From Methanothrix sp. (lineage in GTDB: Archaea; Halobacteriota; Methanosarcinia; Methanotrichales; Methanotrichaceae), in the NCBI GenBank assembly GCA_037128175.1, contig JBAXWY010000028.1, positions 1 through 36,336 on the forward strand: a stretch of 36,336 bases of DNA. The letters are read 5' to 3'. Every line of letters begins with the position of its first letter. Positions within the stretch are counted from its first letter, which is position 1. This document shows, piece after piece, positions 27,671-36,336 of this stretch. The notes under the pieces were generated by a model. That model worked only from the letters and a program-made list of their open reading frames with translations, did not search any database and was not told the origin of the DNA. The translations under genes and the position numbers were made by a program.

Positions 27671-30600
27671 ATGAATCTGCGCGAGAAGACACTAATTGTT
27701 ATGGGATCTTCCCTTATCCTCGTAGTCCTGATCCTATACATCACTGCCCAAATGGAACTATTTCTAGGTTTTTCGAAGCTGGAAGAGGATGTTATACGCA
27801 AGGATGTTGAGAGAGCCTTAAACGCCATATCAAATGACCTCGATAGCATGGAAGGTCTGGCGGATCATTGGGCCTCCAGGAATGATACTTTTGCTTTCCT
27901 CAATGCAAACGATTCATCTTTCGTCAAAAATAATCTAGAAGAACTTGCTGATGAGAGCCTGAGCAATATGGGGATTAACATGCTGCTCTTCATGGATTCT
28001 TTTGGGCAAATCGCCTTCAGCAGATACTTAGACGAAAATGGCAGCCGCGTAGAAATTCCCTCTGACCTGCCAGATCAATTATCCTTCTATGGTTTTTGTC
28101 CAGGATGCTTGGATAAACAAAGCAAATATTCTGGCATTATTCTGATTTCCAACCATCCCATGCTTGTAGTCACTAATCCTGTAATCATGAGAAAAGGAGA
28201 TGGAGCTTCTGCGGGCAGAGTAGTATTGGGGCGCTATCTGACTGACAAGGAGGTTTCCAGGCTTTCCCAGATCACTCAATTGCATACAACAATTATATCG
28301 TTGAAAGATGAGAAGATGCCTTCGGATTTCAAGGTGGCTCAACTCGCTTTGCTCGGCAATGATTCCGTGCTGGTAAAAAATCTCGATAATGACACCATTG
28401 CGGGATATGCCCTCTTAAACAATATCTACAACAATCCACTATTATTACTAAGAGTTGATTCAACACGGGCGATTTATATGCAAGGTTTGAAAAGCCTGCG
28501 CAGTTTTGTAATCCTATTCTCCCTGGCAGACATTTTTCTATTTATTCTTACCTTATTTTTCCTTGATCGTTACGTCCTATACCGGTTAAGCGTTCTTACC
28601 GCAGGAGTTGCCATGATAGGCAAGAGTCATAACATGACCTCCCGCCTTGTGATCCAAGGAAAGGACGAGTTGTCTGGTCTTGCTTCATCCGTAAATGGTA
28701 TGCTCGATGCTTTAGGGCAGGCTCATGAAGAAATCACCAATAGCGAAAGGCGCTACAAAGCAGTTGTTGAAGAACAATCGGATATGATCCTGAGAACCTT
28801 GAGTGACGGCACAATAACCTTTGCCAACGAAGTTGTCTGTAGATTCTTCTCAAATAGCTTGGATAAGATAGTTGGAAAAGGAATCGACAGTCTGGTCCCA
28901 ACCGATAATTTGCTGCCGGCTGTAGACGTAGTCAGCGGGCTTATGCCCGATAACCCTACGGCATCCTTTGAGAGTCTATTCTTGAGGCCAGAAGGCCGAC
29001 GTTGGATCCAATGGACCAGTCATGGCATATTCAACCAATCGGGTTCTCTAATCGAGATTCAATCTGTAGGCAGGGACATAACCGAGCTAAAGCTGGCCGA
29101 GGATGGTCTCAAGCAGTCGGAGAGACGTCTGGCCGACATAATTGATTTCATGCCTGATGCCATCCTTGCCGTTGATCTGGACGGTAGGGTAATGGTCTGG
29201 AATAAAGCCATGGAGAGCCTTACGGGCGTCAAGGCAGAGGATATGCTGGACAAAGGCAATTACGAGCATGCTTTGCCATTCTACGGATTTCGAAGACCAA
29301 TTCTGGTCGATATGGTATTAACACCATTCAAGGAATTTGAAACCGAGTATGCGAGCTTCAAAAAAGAAGGAAATGCGGTTTTAGGTGAAATCTTTATCTC
29401 CCATCTTGGGCCAAATGGGTCTTATCTGTTGGCAAAGGCAGCAACGCTATACAATGCGGCAGGTGATACGGTAGGTGCCATAGAATCCATCAAGGATATT
29501 ACCGAACGAAGGAAAATGCAGCAAAAACTGGAAATAACGAGGACGGAATTGCATATTGCGTCAGATATCCAGAAGAGCTTCATTCCTAAAAAGACTCCAG
29601 ATATTCCTGAATTTGAGATAGAAGCGGCGACAATTCCTGCCATGGCGGTGGGTGGGGATTTTTATGATTTTATTATTCAACCAGATGGAAAATATGGAAT
29701 CGTAATTGCCGATGTCGCGGGAAAAAGCATTCCAGCAGCCATTTTCATGGCGCTTTCCAGGACGATAATTCGTGCCAATGCCACAAACCAGTCTAATGTA
29801 TCAAGGGTGGCTAAGAATGCCAATAAGATGATTGCATCTGATGCACCGACAGGCATGTTTGTAACCCTAATTTACGGCGTTTTGGATGGAGAAACCTTAT
29901 CTTTCCATTATGCAAATGCAGGTCATCCACCGCCTTTGCTATTCAGATCGGCAGACTGCACCATTGAAGAGGAAGCTCCAATGGGAATTGTCATGGGTAT
30001 TATAGATGACGCTGAATACAAGGAAAGTTGCATCAAGTTCTCCTCCGGTGACATGGCTATCTTTTACACCGATGGGATTACAGAGGCTATGAACCGCCAA
30101 GGAGAGCTATATGGAGTAAATCGTCTCATCGAAGTCATTAGAGATAATTGTCTGTTAGAGACAAAAGAAATTTTAAATAGGATACGTGCGGACATATCTG
30201 AGTTTAGCCAGAACACAGAGCAACATGATGACATTACCTTGATAATAATAAAGGCCATATGTCAAGAGAATGATCATTGCAGGACAAAGATGATTTCATG
30301 CAAGGAAAATATACCTAAGATCGTTAACTATATTGACAAAAAGATGTCTGAATGGGGTTATAACCGAGAACAAATATTAGAGCTGCAGGTGGCAGTAGAG
30401 GAAGCGTTCGTTAATATAACCAACCATGGATATAATAAAGAAGAAGGTCTTATCTGGGTTTCTTTTGATTCAGGAAATGGATTCTTTATGGTAACCTTGG
30501 AGGATGAAGCCCCTCGCTTTGATCCTACTTTGTTTAATAAGCGAAATCAAGGGGGCAATATTCAAGATCATCCTGTTGGTGGATGGGGCATAAATCTTAT

Positions 30601-30715
30601 TAGGTCACTAACGGATGAATTGAAATACGAGTATAACAATGGGAAAAATAAATTGATATTGATAAAAACTAAGAGAGTTCACTCTAAGAAAAGCGATAAT
30701 ACTTATTTGAAATGA
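27671..30715 (+). CDS. CHASE4-HAMP-PAS-PAS-SpoIIE (PP2C) phosphatase fused to an RsbW-like kinase
   Basis: Two TM helices; KDELSGLASSVNGML; VGGDFYD, IADVAGK, YTDGITEA, DDIT; EEAFVNITNHGY, GGWGINLI. Confidence 0.93.
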   Translation: MNLREKTLIVMGSSLILVVLILYITAQMELFLGFSKLEEDVIRKDVERALNAISNDLDSMEGLADHWASRNDTFAFLNANDSSFVKNNLEELADESLSNMGINMLLFMDSFGQIAFSRYLDENGSRVEIPSDLPDQLSFYGFCPGCLDKQSKYSGIILISNHPMLVVTNPVIMRKGDGASAGRVVLGRYLTDKEVSRLSQITQLHTTIISLKDEKMPSDFKVAQLALLGNDSVLVKNLDNDTIAGYALLNNIYNNPLLLLRVDSTRAIYMQGLKSLRSFVILFSLADIFLFILTLFFLDRYVLYRLSVLTAGVAMIGKSHNMTSRLVIQGKDELSGLASSVNGMLDALGQAHEEITNSERRYKAVVEEQSDMILRTLSDGTITFANEVVCRFFSNSLDKIVGKGIDSLVPTDNLLPAVDVVSGLMPDNPTASFESLFLRPEGRRWIQWTSHGIFNQSGSLIEIQSVGRDITELKLAEDGLKQSERRLADIIDFMPDAILAVDLDGRVMVWNKAMESLTGVKAEDMLDKGNYEHALPFYGFRRPILVDMVLTPFKEFETEYASFKKEGNAVLGEIFISHLGPNGSYLLAKAATLYNAAGDTVGAIESIKDITERRKMQQKLEITRTELHIASDIQKSFIPKKTPDIPEFEIEAATIPAMAVGGDFYDFIIQPDGKYGIVIADVAGKSIPAAIFMALSRTIIRANATNQSNVSRVAKNANKMIASDAPTGMFVTLIYGVLDGETLSFHYANAGHPPPLLFRSADCTIEEEAPMGIVMGIIDDAEYKESCIKFSSGDMAIFYTDGITEAMNRQGELYGVNRLIEVIRDNCLLETKEILNRIRADISEFSQNTEQHDDITLIIIKAICQENDHCRTKMISCKENIPKIVNYIDKKMSEWGYNREQILELQVAVEEAFVNITNHGYNKEEGLIWVSFDSGNGFFMVTLEDEAPRFDPTLFNKRNQGGNIQDHPVGGWGINLIRSLTDELKYEYNNGKNKLILIKTKRVHSKKSDNTYLK

Positions 30716-30765
30716 TCTCAAAAGAAATATATCTCTTGAAAAGAGTTCGAGGGGATGGCGAGCAG

Positions 30766-31113
30766 ATGGAAATTGCTGAGAAAATTATAGGAGATATCTG
30801 TATTATCTCAATATCAGGAAGAATTGATACGGTTACTTCCAAGGATGTGGAGGCTAAACTGGACGGAGCAATCGAGGAAAGTAAATATAAGATAATCATT
30901 AATTTGGCGAAAATGGACTATATCAGCAGTGTAGGGTTGAGGGTTCTGTTGGCTGCTTTGAAGAAACAGAGACAGAATCAGGGATCGCTTCAGCTTGCTT
31001 CTCTACAGCCTTTTGTGCAGAACATATTTAAGATAACGGGATTAGATATGGTTTTTAAGATATATCCCACGGAGGACGCGGCATTAAAGAGTCTGACGTC
31101 CGTTGAAGTCTAG
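30766..31113 (+). CDS. STAS anti-anti-sigma-type protein
   Basis: ISGRID, YISSVGLRVL, IFKITG; start 30766 preferred over 30712. Confidence 0.92.
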   Translation: MEIAEKIIGDICIISISGRIDTVTSKDVEAKLDGAIEESKYKIIINLAKMDYISSVGLRVLLAALKKQRQNQGSLQLASLQPFVQNIFKITGLDMVFKIYPTEDAALKSLTSVEV

Positions 31114-31148
31114 CGATTAATAAGTCGAAAAAAGTTAGGAATAATATC

Positions 31149-31481
31149 ATGAAGATAACTGATAAGAACATCAATAATATCCAAGTGATAACGATCTCTG
31201 GAAGGATCGACGTAGTATCCGCAAATGATCTTGAGATATTTCTAAATGATGCCATAGGCAAGAATTCCAGAATGATCTTTGATCTATCTGAGACAGAGTA
31301 CATAAGCAGCTCAGGTTTGCGCGTCTTCCTTGCGACGCTTAAGATATTGAATAAAAAAAATGGCGAAATGAGACTGGCATCACTTCAGCCCGTTATCAGG
31401 AATATACTAGATATATCTGGTCTCTCAAATATATTTTCGATACATCATAATCTTAAAGAGGCCATGGATAGCTTTGACTGA
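31149..31481 (+). CDS. STAS anti-anti-sigma-type protein
   Basis: ISGRID, YISSSGLRVF, ILDISG. Confidence 0.92.
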   Translation: MKITDKNINNIQVITISGRIDVVSANDLEIFLNDAIGKNSRMIFDLSETEYISSSGLRVFLATLKILNKKNGEMRLASLQPVIRNILDISGLSNIFSIHHNLKEAMDSFD

Positions 31482-31505
31482 GCCTTAAATAAAGTTTAGA
31501 ACGGA

Positions 31506-31523
31506 GGCTTCTGCCTATTTTTT
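31506..31523 (+). terminator. Short hairpin plus T-run
   Basis: AGGC-TTCT-GCCT followed by ATTTTTT after the STAS operon. Confidence 0.4.
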
Positions 31524-31583
31524 GGATCTGACAATCAACACAGGCAGCGCCCCCATCCTGGCCAGTCCAATCTCTCATTTTCT

Positions 31584-31901
31584 TCATTCTACATGCCAGA
31601 GGTATATCCCACGAATGTCTGCCCCGGTGAGGTCTGCCCCACTGAGGTATGCTCCACGAATGTCCGCCCCGATGAGGTCTGCTCCACGAATGTCTGCCCC
31701 ACTGAGGTCTGCTCCACGAAGGTCTGCCCCACGAAGGTCTGCCCCACGAAGGTCTGCTCCACGAAGGTCTGCCCCGCTGAGGTTTGCTCCACGAAGGTCT
31801 ACATCATGGAGGCATATCGGATCATTAGGATGTTCTTTTCTCCATTTATTCCAAGCCGTTGCCCCTTGCATAAGAACCTTGATCTGTTCATCGTTTGTCA
31901 T
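31584..31901 (-). CDS. Pentapeptide-repeat protein, possibly 3'-truncated
   Basis: GATAWNKWR leader and [10 protein letters not shown] repeats (15-bp DNA period). Confidence 0.8.
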   Translation of the reverse strand: MTNDEQIKVLMQGATAWNKWRKEHPNDPICLHDVDLRGANLSGADLRGADLRGADLRGADLRGADLSGADIRGADLIGADIRGAYLSGADLTGADIRGIYLWHVE

Positions 31902-32357
31902 AGATTCCGAACGACTTATCGTTCTCTTTATATAAACATCTTGCAGTGCTATATTTTCAACGATAAAAATAAGAGTCGCTAAGGTATGTACAATTTGCTA
32001 GCCTCATCGTCTCTTTTCCTAACCAGACAACTTAACCAGAATCGCAAGATATTTTTATAAACACCATTCCAGATTGATAAGTAGTTTGTTGCGCGATGGA
32101 TTAATCAGCATATTTTCATGCTATTGCTATCGAAAAAGTAATATCGCGCAATTGTTGATAGATCATTCCATAATGTATTAAAATGGGCGGTTAGACGGAA
32201 GAGGAAAAACGTTGTCCATCTCCTTCACCAGTTCCAATGTTACGTTTGAAATGTAATTATATTTTAAATTATTATAAGTATCTCGTCACCCTAGGAAATC
32301 TCAGCGACTCTCTCCTACCTATCATGGCGAACGTTGCAGCTATTGGTTTCCAAAAGA

Positions 32358-32981
32358 CTAAATTGTGATTTCCTTCTTGATTTTATCAAAGAAGTATGAT
32401 AAATCCTTCGTTTGATCACTTCTTGGTATTTGCACTTTCATGGCCCCGTCGATGTTGCTCATCAGGTCTTCGTTGAAGTCCCGGCGGTCCAGCACCGTGA
32501 ATTTATCCGTTCCCTGGAAAAGAGCGCAGGTTACAGCGGCATGAGGGTAGATGTAGTCCAGGTTCCTGGAAAAGAAGAGAATCCCGGCGTTGTTTACGAT
32601 TATCCTGTCGTCTTCCAGCCGCTCTGCTGCTCCCAGGTTTAGCAGGATCGATTGGTCGTCCATGACTTTGGATATGCCTGCCAGGCGCAGGAATCGGTCC
32701 AGCTTCTTGGAATCGAAGTGCTCATCGTAGACGAACTGAGAATTGCGCAGGTCGTCGAACCTGATCTTCTCCTCGTCCTTGAGAAATTCGATGATCTCAC
32801 TGCGATTGGAGATCTTTGCTCCCTTGATCTTCCGTCCATCGGTGATGCCCACAAGTATCCTGCCGTCGGAGGCGTTGGCAAAAGCTACCAGCTCTTTGTC
32901 AAGGTTAGCCAGGGACTCCTTGAACTCGATCTTCTGGCCTTCGCCTTCTTCGAGAATTTGCTGTAGCTCTTGCTCGTTCAC
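32358..32981 (-). pseudogene. Schlafen/AlbA_2 domain protein, internally deleted and 3'-truncated
   Basis: GEGQKIEFKES...VAFANASDGRILVGITD, abrupt jump to RSEIIEF; unrelated-looking tail after DGAMK. Confidence 0.78.
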
Positions 32982-33029
32982 TTGGCCTCACTACTGAGAT
33001 CTTCTTGTATTTTCTGGATCTTTCTTCAT
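32978..33029 (-). pseudogene. Probable HEPN (DUF86) toxin scar: start fused to end
   Basis: ATG overlaps the MNT stop (MKKDP); a second frame KIQKIQEDLSSEAK* overlaps the AlbA GTG. Confidence 0.55.
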
Positions 33030-33313
33030 ATTATCGGGACCTGCTCGGCCAGAATTCTATCTTTGGTGCGGGGGTGCAGCGATCTGTAAGTCAGAACATC
33101 TACTCGTCTGCTAATGGCATCTTCCAGCTCGTTCTTCAAATGGGCAATATCCAGAAGGCTCTTTTTGCCTTCAAATTCCACCAAAAGATCCACATCGCTC
33201 TCTTCGGTCATCTCCCCTCTCACGATTGAACCGAAAAAGGATGCCCTTTTTACATCATTCCTGTGCAAAATGCCTATTATCTTTTCACGGATGGGCTGCA
33301 TCTGGTCGCTCAT
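33026..33313 (-). CDS. Minimal nucleotidyltransferase (MNT antitoxin)
   Basis: FFGSIVRGEMTEESDVDLLVEF...VDV. Confidence 0.93.
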   Translation of the reverse strand: MSDQMQPIREKIIGILHRNDVKRASFFGSIVRGEMTEESDVDLLVEFEGKKSLLDIAHLKNELEDAISRRVDVLTYRSLHPRTKDRILAEQVPII

Positions 33314-33448
33314 GCTTTTCCTCTCTCTAAAGACAATGAGGTTATGGCATTTGATCTTTTCTAAGATGTAATCCGCGTTAGCCGGAATTCCAATTGCTTA
33401 TCCAGTTCATCCTGACAGGCACGCTGGTCACTGCCCTAGCCGTCCTCC

Positions 33449-33577
33449 CCGGCTCGCCTCGCATTCTCGTGGCCGCCTTCGCAAGCGGGGCCGCTCGCCC
33501 GCGGGGGCACGCGCCCGTGAGCCTGCGCGTGGGGCCGGAGGCGCGCTCGGATGGGTCGGGTTGCCATAGGGCCGGGG
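33449..33577. repeat. GC-rich dispersed repeat, copy 3
   Basis: Shared core with 22550 and 23139. Confidence 0.8.
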
Positions 33578-33676
33578 TTGGGTAGCCGATCAAATCAGGT
33601 GCATTATTTTGGAGCTGGCTTTCTGTTGGTTTGCGTCAGGCAATTACCGTCGCCAGGACTCTTTTCTTTTCCCAGG

Positions 33677-33995
33677 TCATAAGTCGATTACCTCGACTCC
33701 GCTTTCTCTGAGCCTCTCTGCAATTACCCCTCGATGGCAGAACTTAACGTCTTTCTCAAAGCACATCAAGGATACTTTTTTATTTTGTCCGATCGACTTT
33801 ATTCTTTCCAGGCAGTCCATTTTCGTTTCAATTTCCATTCTGTTGCCAGCAAAGAGGGCTTGGTAGTCCTTATAGGAATTGAGATTCTTCCGGGAGTCGC
33901 TGGGAATGCCAAGCTCTGGCATGTGGATGTAATCGATGCCGATTTTCTCCAGGTAGCTCTTTAGTTTATTTCGCTGAAATCCAAATTTCAGGTCG
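33677..33995 (-). pseudogene. DUF488 family protein, 5'-truncated
   Basis: GFQRNKL...YIHMPELG...LMCFEKDVKFCHR; N-terminal TIG-type motif absent. Confidence 0.8.
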
Positions 33996-34367
33996 CGTAC
34001 GTGGGCTACTGAAAGCGCTAGCAAGTAACGCAATAGATGTCTGCTGCCAAATAGATCTCACGCATTCGATTTTTGTGATGATTTTCAGTAGTCTACGCCA
34101 TGACCAAAGCTTGCGGGATATATAAATGCAAAACATTCCTTGGTGTCCTTGCTGTATTACGCAAATGCATGAAATCCGCAAGCTGCGGCCATACCAACAT
34201 GTCCGCAGATATAGATGGAAAATAGGCATCTAGCGGCATGATATGCTTGAATAATATAACAGATTATGGACACTAAGAAACATTCGGGACTCTACAAATA
34301 GTAAATTCAACAGAAACATTTAAATATATCAATACGTATTTAACCATACTATAACCAGAGTGATTTA

Positions 34368-35327
34368 ATGAATTTTATTAAAACCAAAATTTCGGAGGGT
34401 TTGTCCCATTTGCCACGGTTTAAAGTAGCAAACTTACTCACTGACCCGATGGTATATAATTATAAAATAGCTTTAATTCCCCTCCGTCTTGACATTGATC
34501 AATTTGAACATGAGACATCCGAGACTACTAATTATAAAATATTGAAAATTAAGGAAAAATACTCGAAAGATATTCAAAATCAGATTGTTTTTATCTCTAA
34601 AGAGGCAGCTAAAGCCGGGGCCAAATTAATAATTTTTGGTGAATTAAGTTATCCAATAATTGAGGATGAGACATTAAGCATGGAGCTTTATAATATATGT
34701 AGACGTTATGATTGTATCATAATACCTGGATCTTATCATGAATTAAGGATGCGTGATTTTGGACTCAATAAATCGCCAATATTTACACCATATTCGCATA
34801 AACCGTTTACTCAAGTAAAAAATAGTAGAGGTTTCTATATTGGCGAACCTGAGGAAACAAGGATTTTGAGTTCTAAAGAAATATCCTTATTTAAATCTAA
34901 ATATGGCACATTTATAGTTACACTGGGAACGGATATTATAGATTCAAATTTAAATTGGAATGTTAGGGTTTTAAATGAACCAGATAATATATACACATCG
35001 ATCGATCTAATCATTGTCCCTTGTTTCACGGACAAGCCTGCTGAATTTATTCATTGGTGTAAAGATCTAAGTTTAGCGACAATGTCATATGTTATTTTTA
35101 TAAATAGTATTAAAATGAAGAATTATTCGGCCGTATTTATCAATGGGAAAAAATCACAATCCTGGGCAATAGAAGATTCGATGCTAGACGATACTCCAAT
35201 CAAGTTCTATGATATAGATCTAATAAACCTATATAGATTGAGGGCATCTAAAAAGCTCACGAGACGCTCAAGATTTTTCCATAGTGAGATTACTAAGAAT
35301 ATAGAAGACATGAATAATTATGGATAA
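34368..35327 (+). CDS. Carbon-nitrogen hydrolase (nitrilase)-fold protein with atypical active site
   Basis: GAKLIIFGELSYP, IIIPGSY, NKSPIF, TQVK, YGTFIVTLGTD, DLIIVP; alternative start at 34449. Confidence 0.78.
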   Translation: MNFIKTKISEGLSHLPRFKVANLLTDPMVYNYKIALIPLRLDIDQFEHETSETTNYKILKIKEKYSKDIQNQIVFISKEAAKAGAKLIIFGELSYPIIEDETLSMELYNICRRYDCIIIPGSYHELRMRDFGLNKSPIFTPYSHKPFTQVKNSRGFYIGEPEETRILSSKEISLFKSKYGTFIVTLGTDIIDSNLNWNVRVLNEPDNIYTSIDLIIVPCFTDKPAEFIHWCKDLSLATMSYVIFINSIKMKNYSAVFINGKKSQSWAIEDSMLDDTPIKFYDIDLINLYRLRASKKLTRRSRFFHSEITKNIEDMNNYG

Positions 35328-36282
35328 AATAAAAAGTCCGTCAAATGGAGAAAAGATATTAGATGATTTACTTAAAGGTAGGTATCAAAAAGAGCGGAAA
35401 ATAGATAAAAGCGAAATCAATTCAAAAACACTAGTAATGCTGAAAGAGGTAATAATAAATGCTGTAAATAGTAAATCAAAGGTTCTTTGGTTAGATATTG
35501 GATGTGGTGATGGTCGTTGTTTAGAGATTCTAGAAGTCTTTAATGGAAAAAATCCAAAAAAAACGTTAGCAAAAATACGATATTTAGGTTTAGATAGTTC
35601 GTCTGAATTTAAATCTCGAACTGAAGAATTAATAAAAAAATATAATATTATTGGCGAATGCAAAAAGGCCGAAGCATCAAAATTAAGACTTAAAGATAAA
35701 TATGACGTAATTTCAATGATATTAGTACTACATGAGATGGATCCACTTGAAATTCCCATAATTTTTAAAAACGCTATAAAAATGTTAAAGGAGGATGGTA
35801 GACTTATAATATCAGATTTTAATGATCCTTACGAACCTGAAAAAAATATTCTAATTTGGAAGGAGAAAGAAATATTAAATATTATTAATTATACAGGTGG
35901 ACTTATTGCTAAATCGGAATTATCTAATGCTGAGCGAGTGCCGAATGTTAAATTCTATAATATTGATGTTAGAAAATTTAATGTAGCGAAAGGTCAATTC
36001 AAGTGCCTGATGAATGATTATGATAAAATATTAAAGCTTAAATCTTTGGATTTAATAACTGAATATCGGCAAATAGAAGACCACTTAATCAATAAGATAT
36101 ACACCATTATGGAAAAGAAGGTGACGATCAAGAATCTAAGTCATGATGATAGATCCTTTATTCTCAGCAAATTTACAGATGATGATTTTGCATTGTATGA
36201 TCGGAAAGAACTTATAAAAGAACAACACATGTTGATAGACGAAAAAAGATTTGAGTTAGAAAAGATTATTAGCAAACATTAA
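35320..36282 (+). CDS. Class I SAM-dependent methyltransferase with helical C-terminal extension
   Basis: WLDIGCGDGR, YLGLD, YDVI...VLHE, LKEDGRLIISD; 8-nt overlap with the upstream gene. Confidence 0.9.
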   Translation: MDKIKSPSNGEKILDDLLKGRYQKERKIDKSEINSKTLVMLKEVIINAVNSKSKVLWLDIGCGDGRCLEILEVFNGKNPKKTLAKIRYLGLDSSSEFKSRTEELIKKYNIIGECKKAEASKLRLKDKYDVISMILVLHEMDPLEIPIIFKNAIKMLKEDGRLIISDFNDPYEPEKNILIWKEKEILNIINYTGGLIAKSELSNAERVPNVKFYNIDVRKFNVAKGQFKCLMNDYDKILKLKSLDLITEYRQIEDHLINKIYTIMEKKVTIKNLSHDDRSFILSKFTDDDFALYDRKELIKEQHMLIDEKRFELEKIISKH

Positions 36283-36336
36283 TCCTACATTCCGCACTTT
36301 TGGTTGATAATTCCAGAATTTCCTTCTCGTAAATAT

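Noticed and set aside
31522-31982. Plus-strand repetitive ORFs (RSAP, VCPT)
   Set aside because: Antisense shadows of the pentapeptide repeat gene.

Overview
Archaeal accessory DNA, most likely from a Methanothrix/Methanosarcinales methanogen (two DUF1699 genes, a DUF11 surface protein, archaeal TATA and GGTGA/GAGGT RBS signals; taxon is inferred). 1-8 kb looks like the end of a plasmid-like or integrated element: a coupled operon of tiny ORFs, two paralogous coiled-coil/wHTH-like proteins around an RHH gene, parA plus a partner gene, and a decayed tyrosine recombinase. The partner gene's coding DNA is a 7-bp-periodic GANTC satellite, and the same unit forms an 11-copy array just upstream of parA (candidate centromere-in-gene partition system; the top finding). 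The rest holds a DUF11 repeat protein, small metal/redox genes, a hybrid histidine kinase, a CHASE4-PAS-SpoIIE-RsbW fusion with two STAS proteins and a divergent MBL-hydrolase fusion, and several deletion-scarred remnants (hicAB, HEPN, AlbA_2, RDD, DUF488, IS200) near three copies of a GC-rich repeat. It ends with an AT-rich nitrilase-like plus methyltransferase pair. All family calls are motif recognition by eye, with no database searches.
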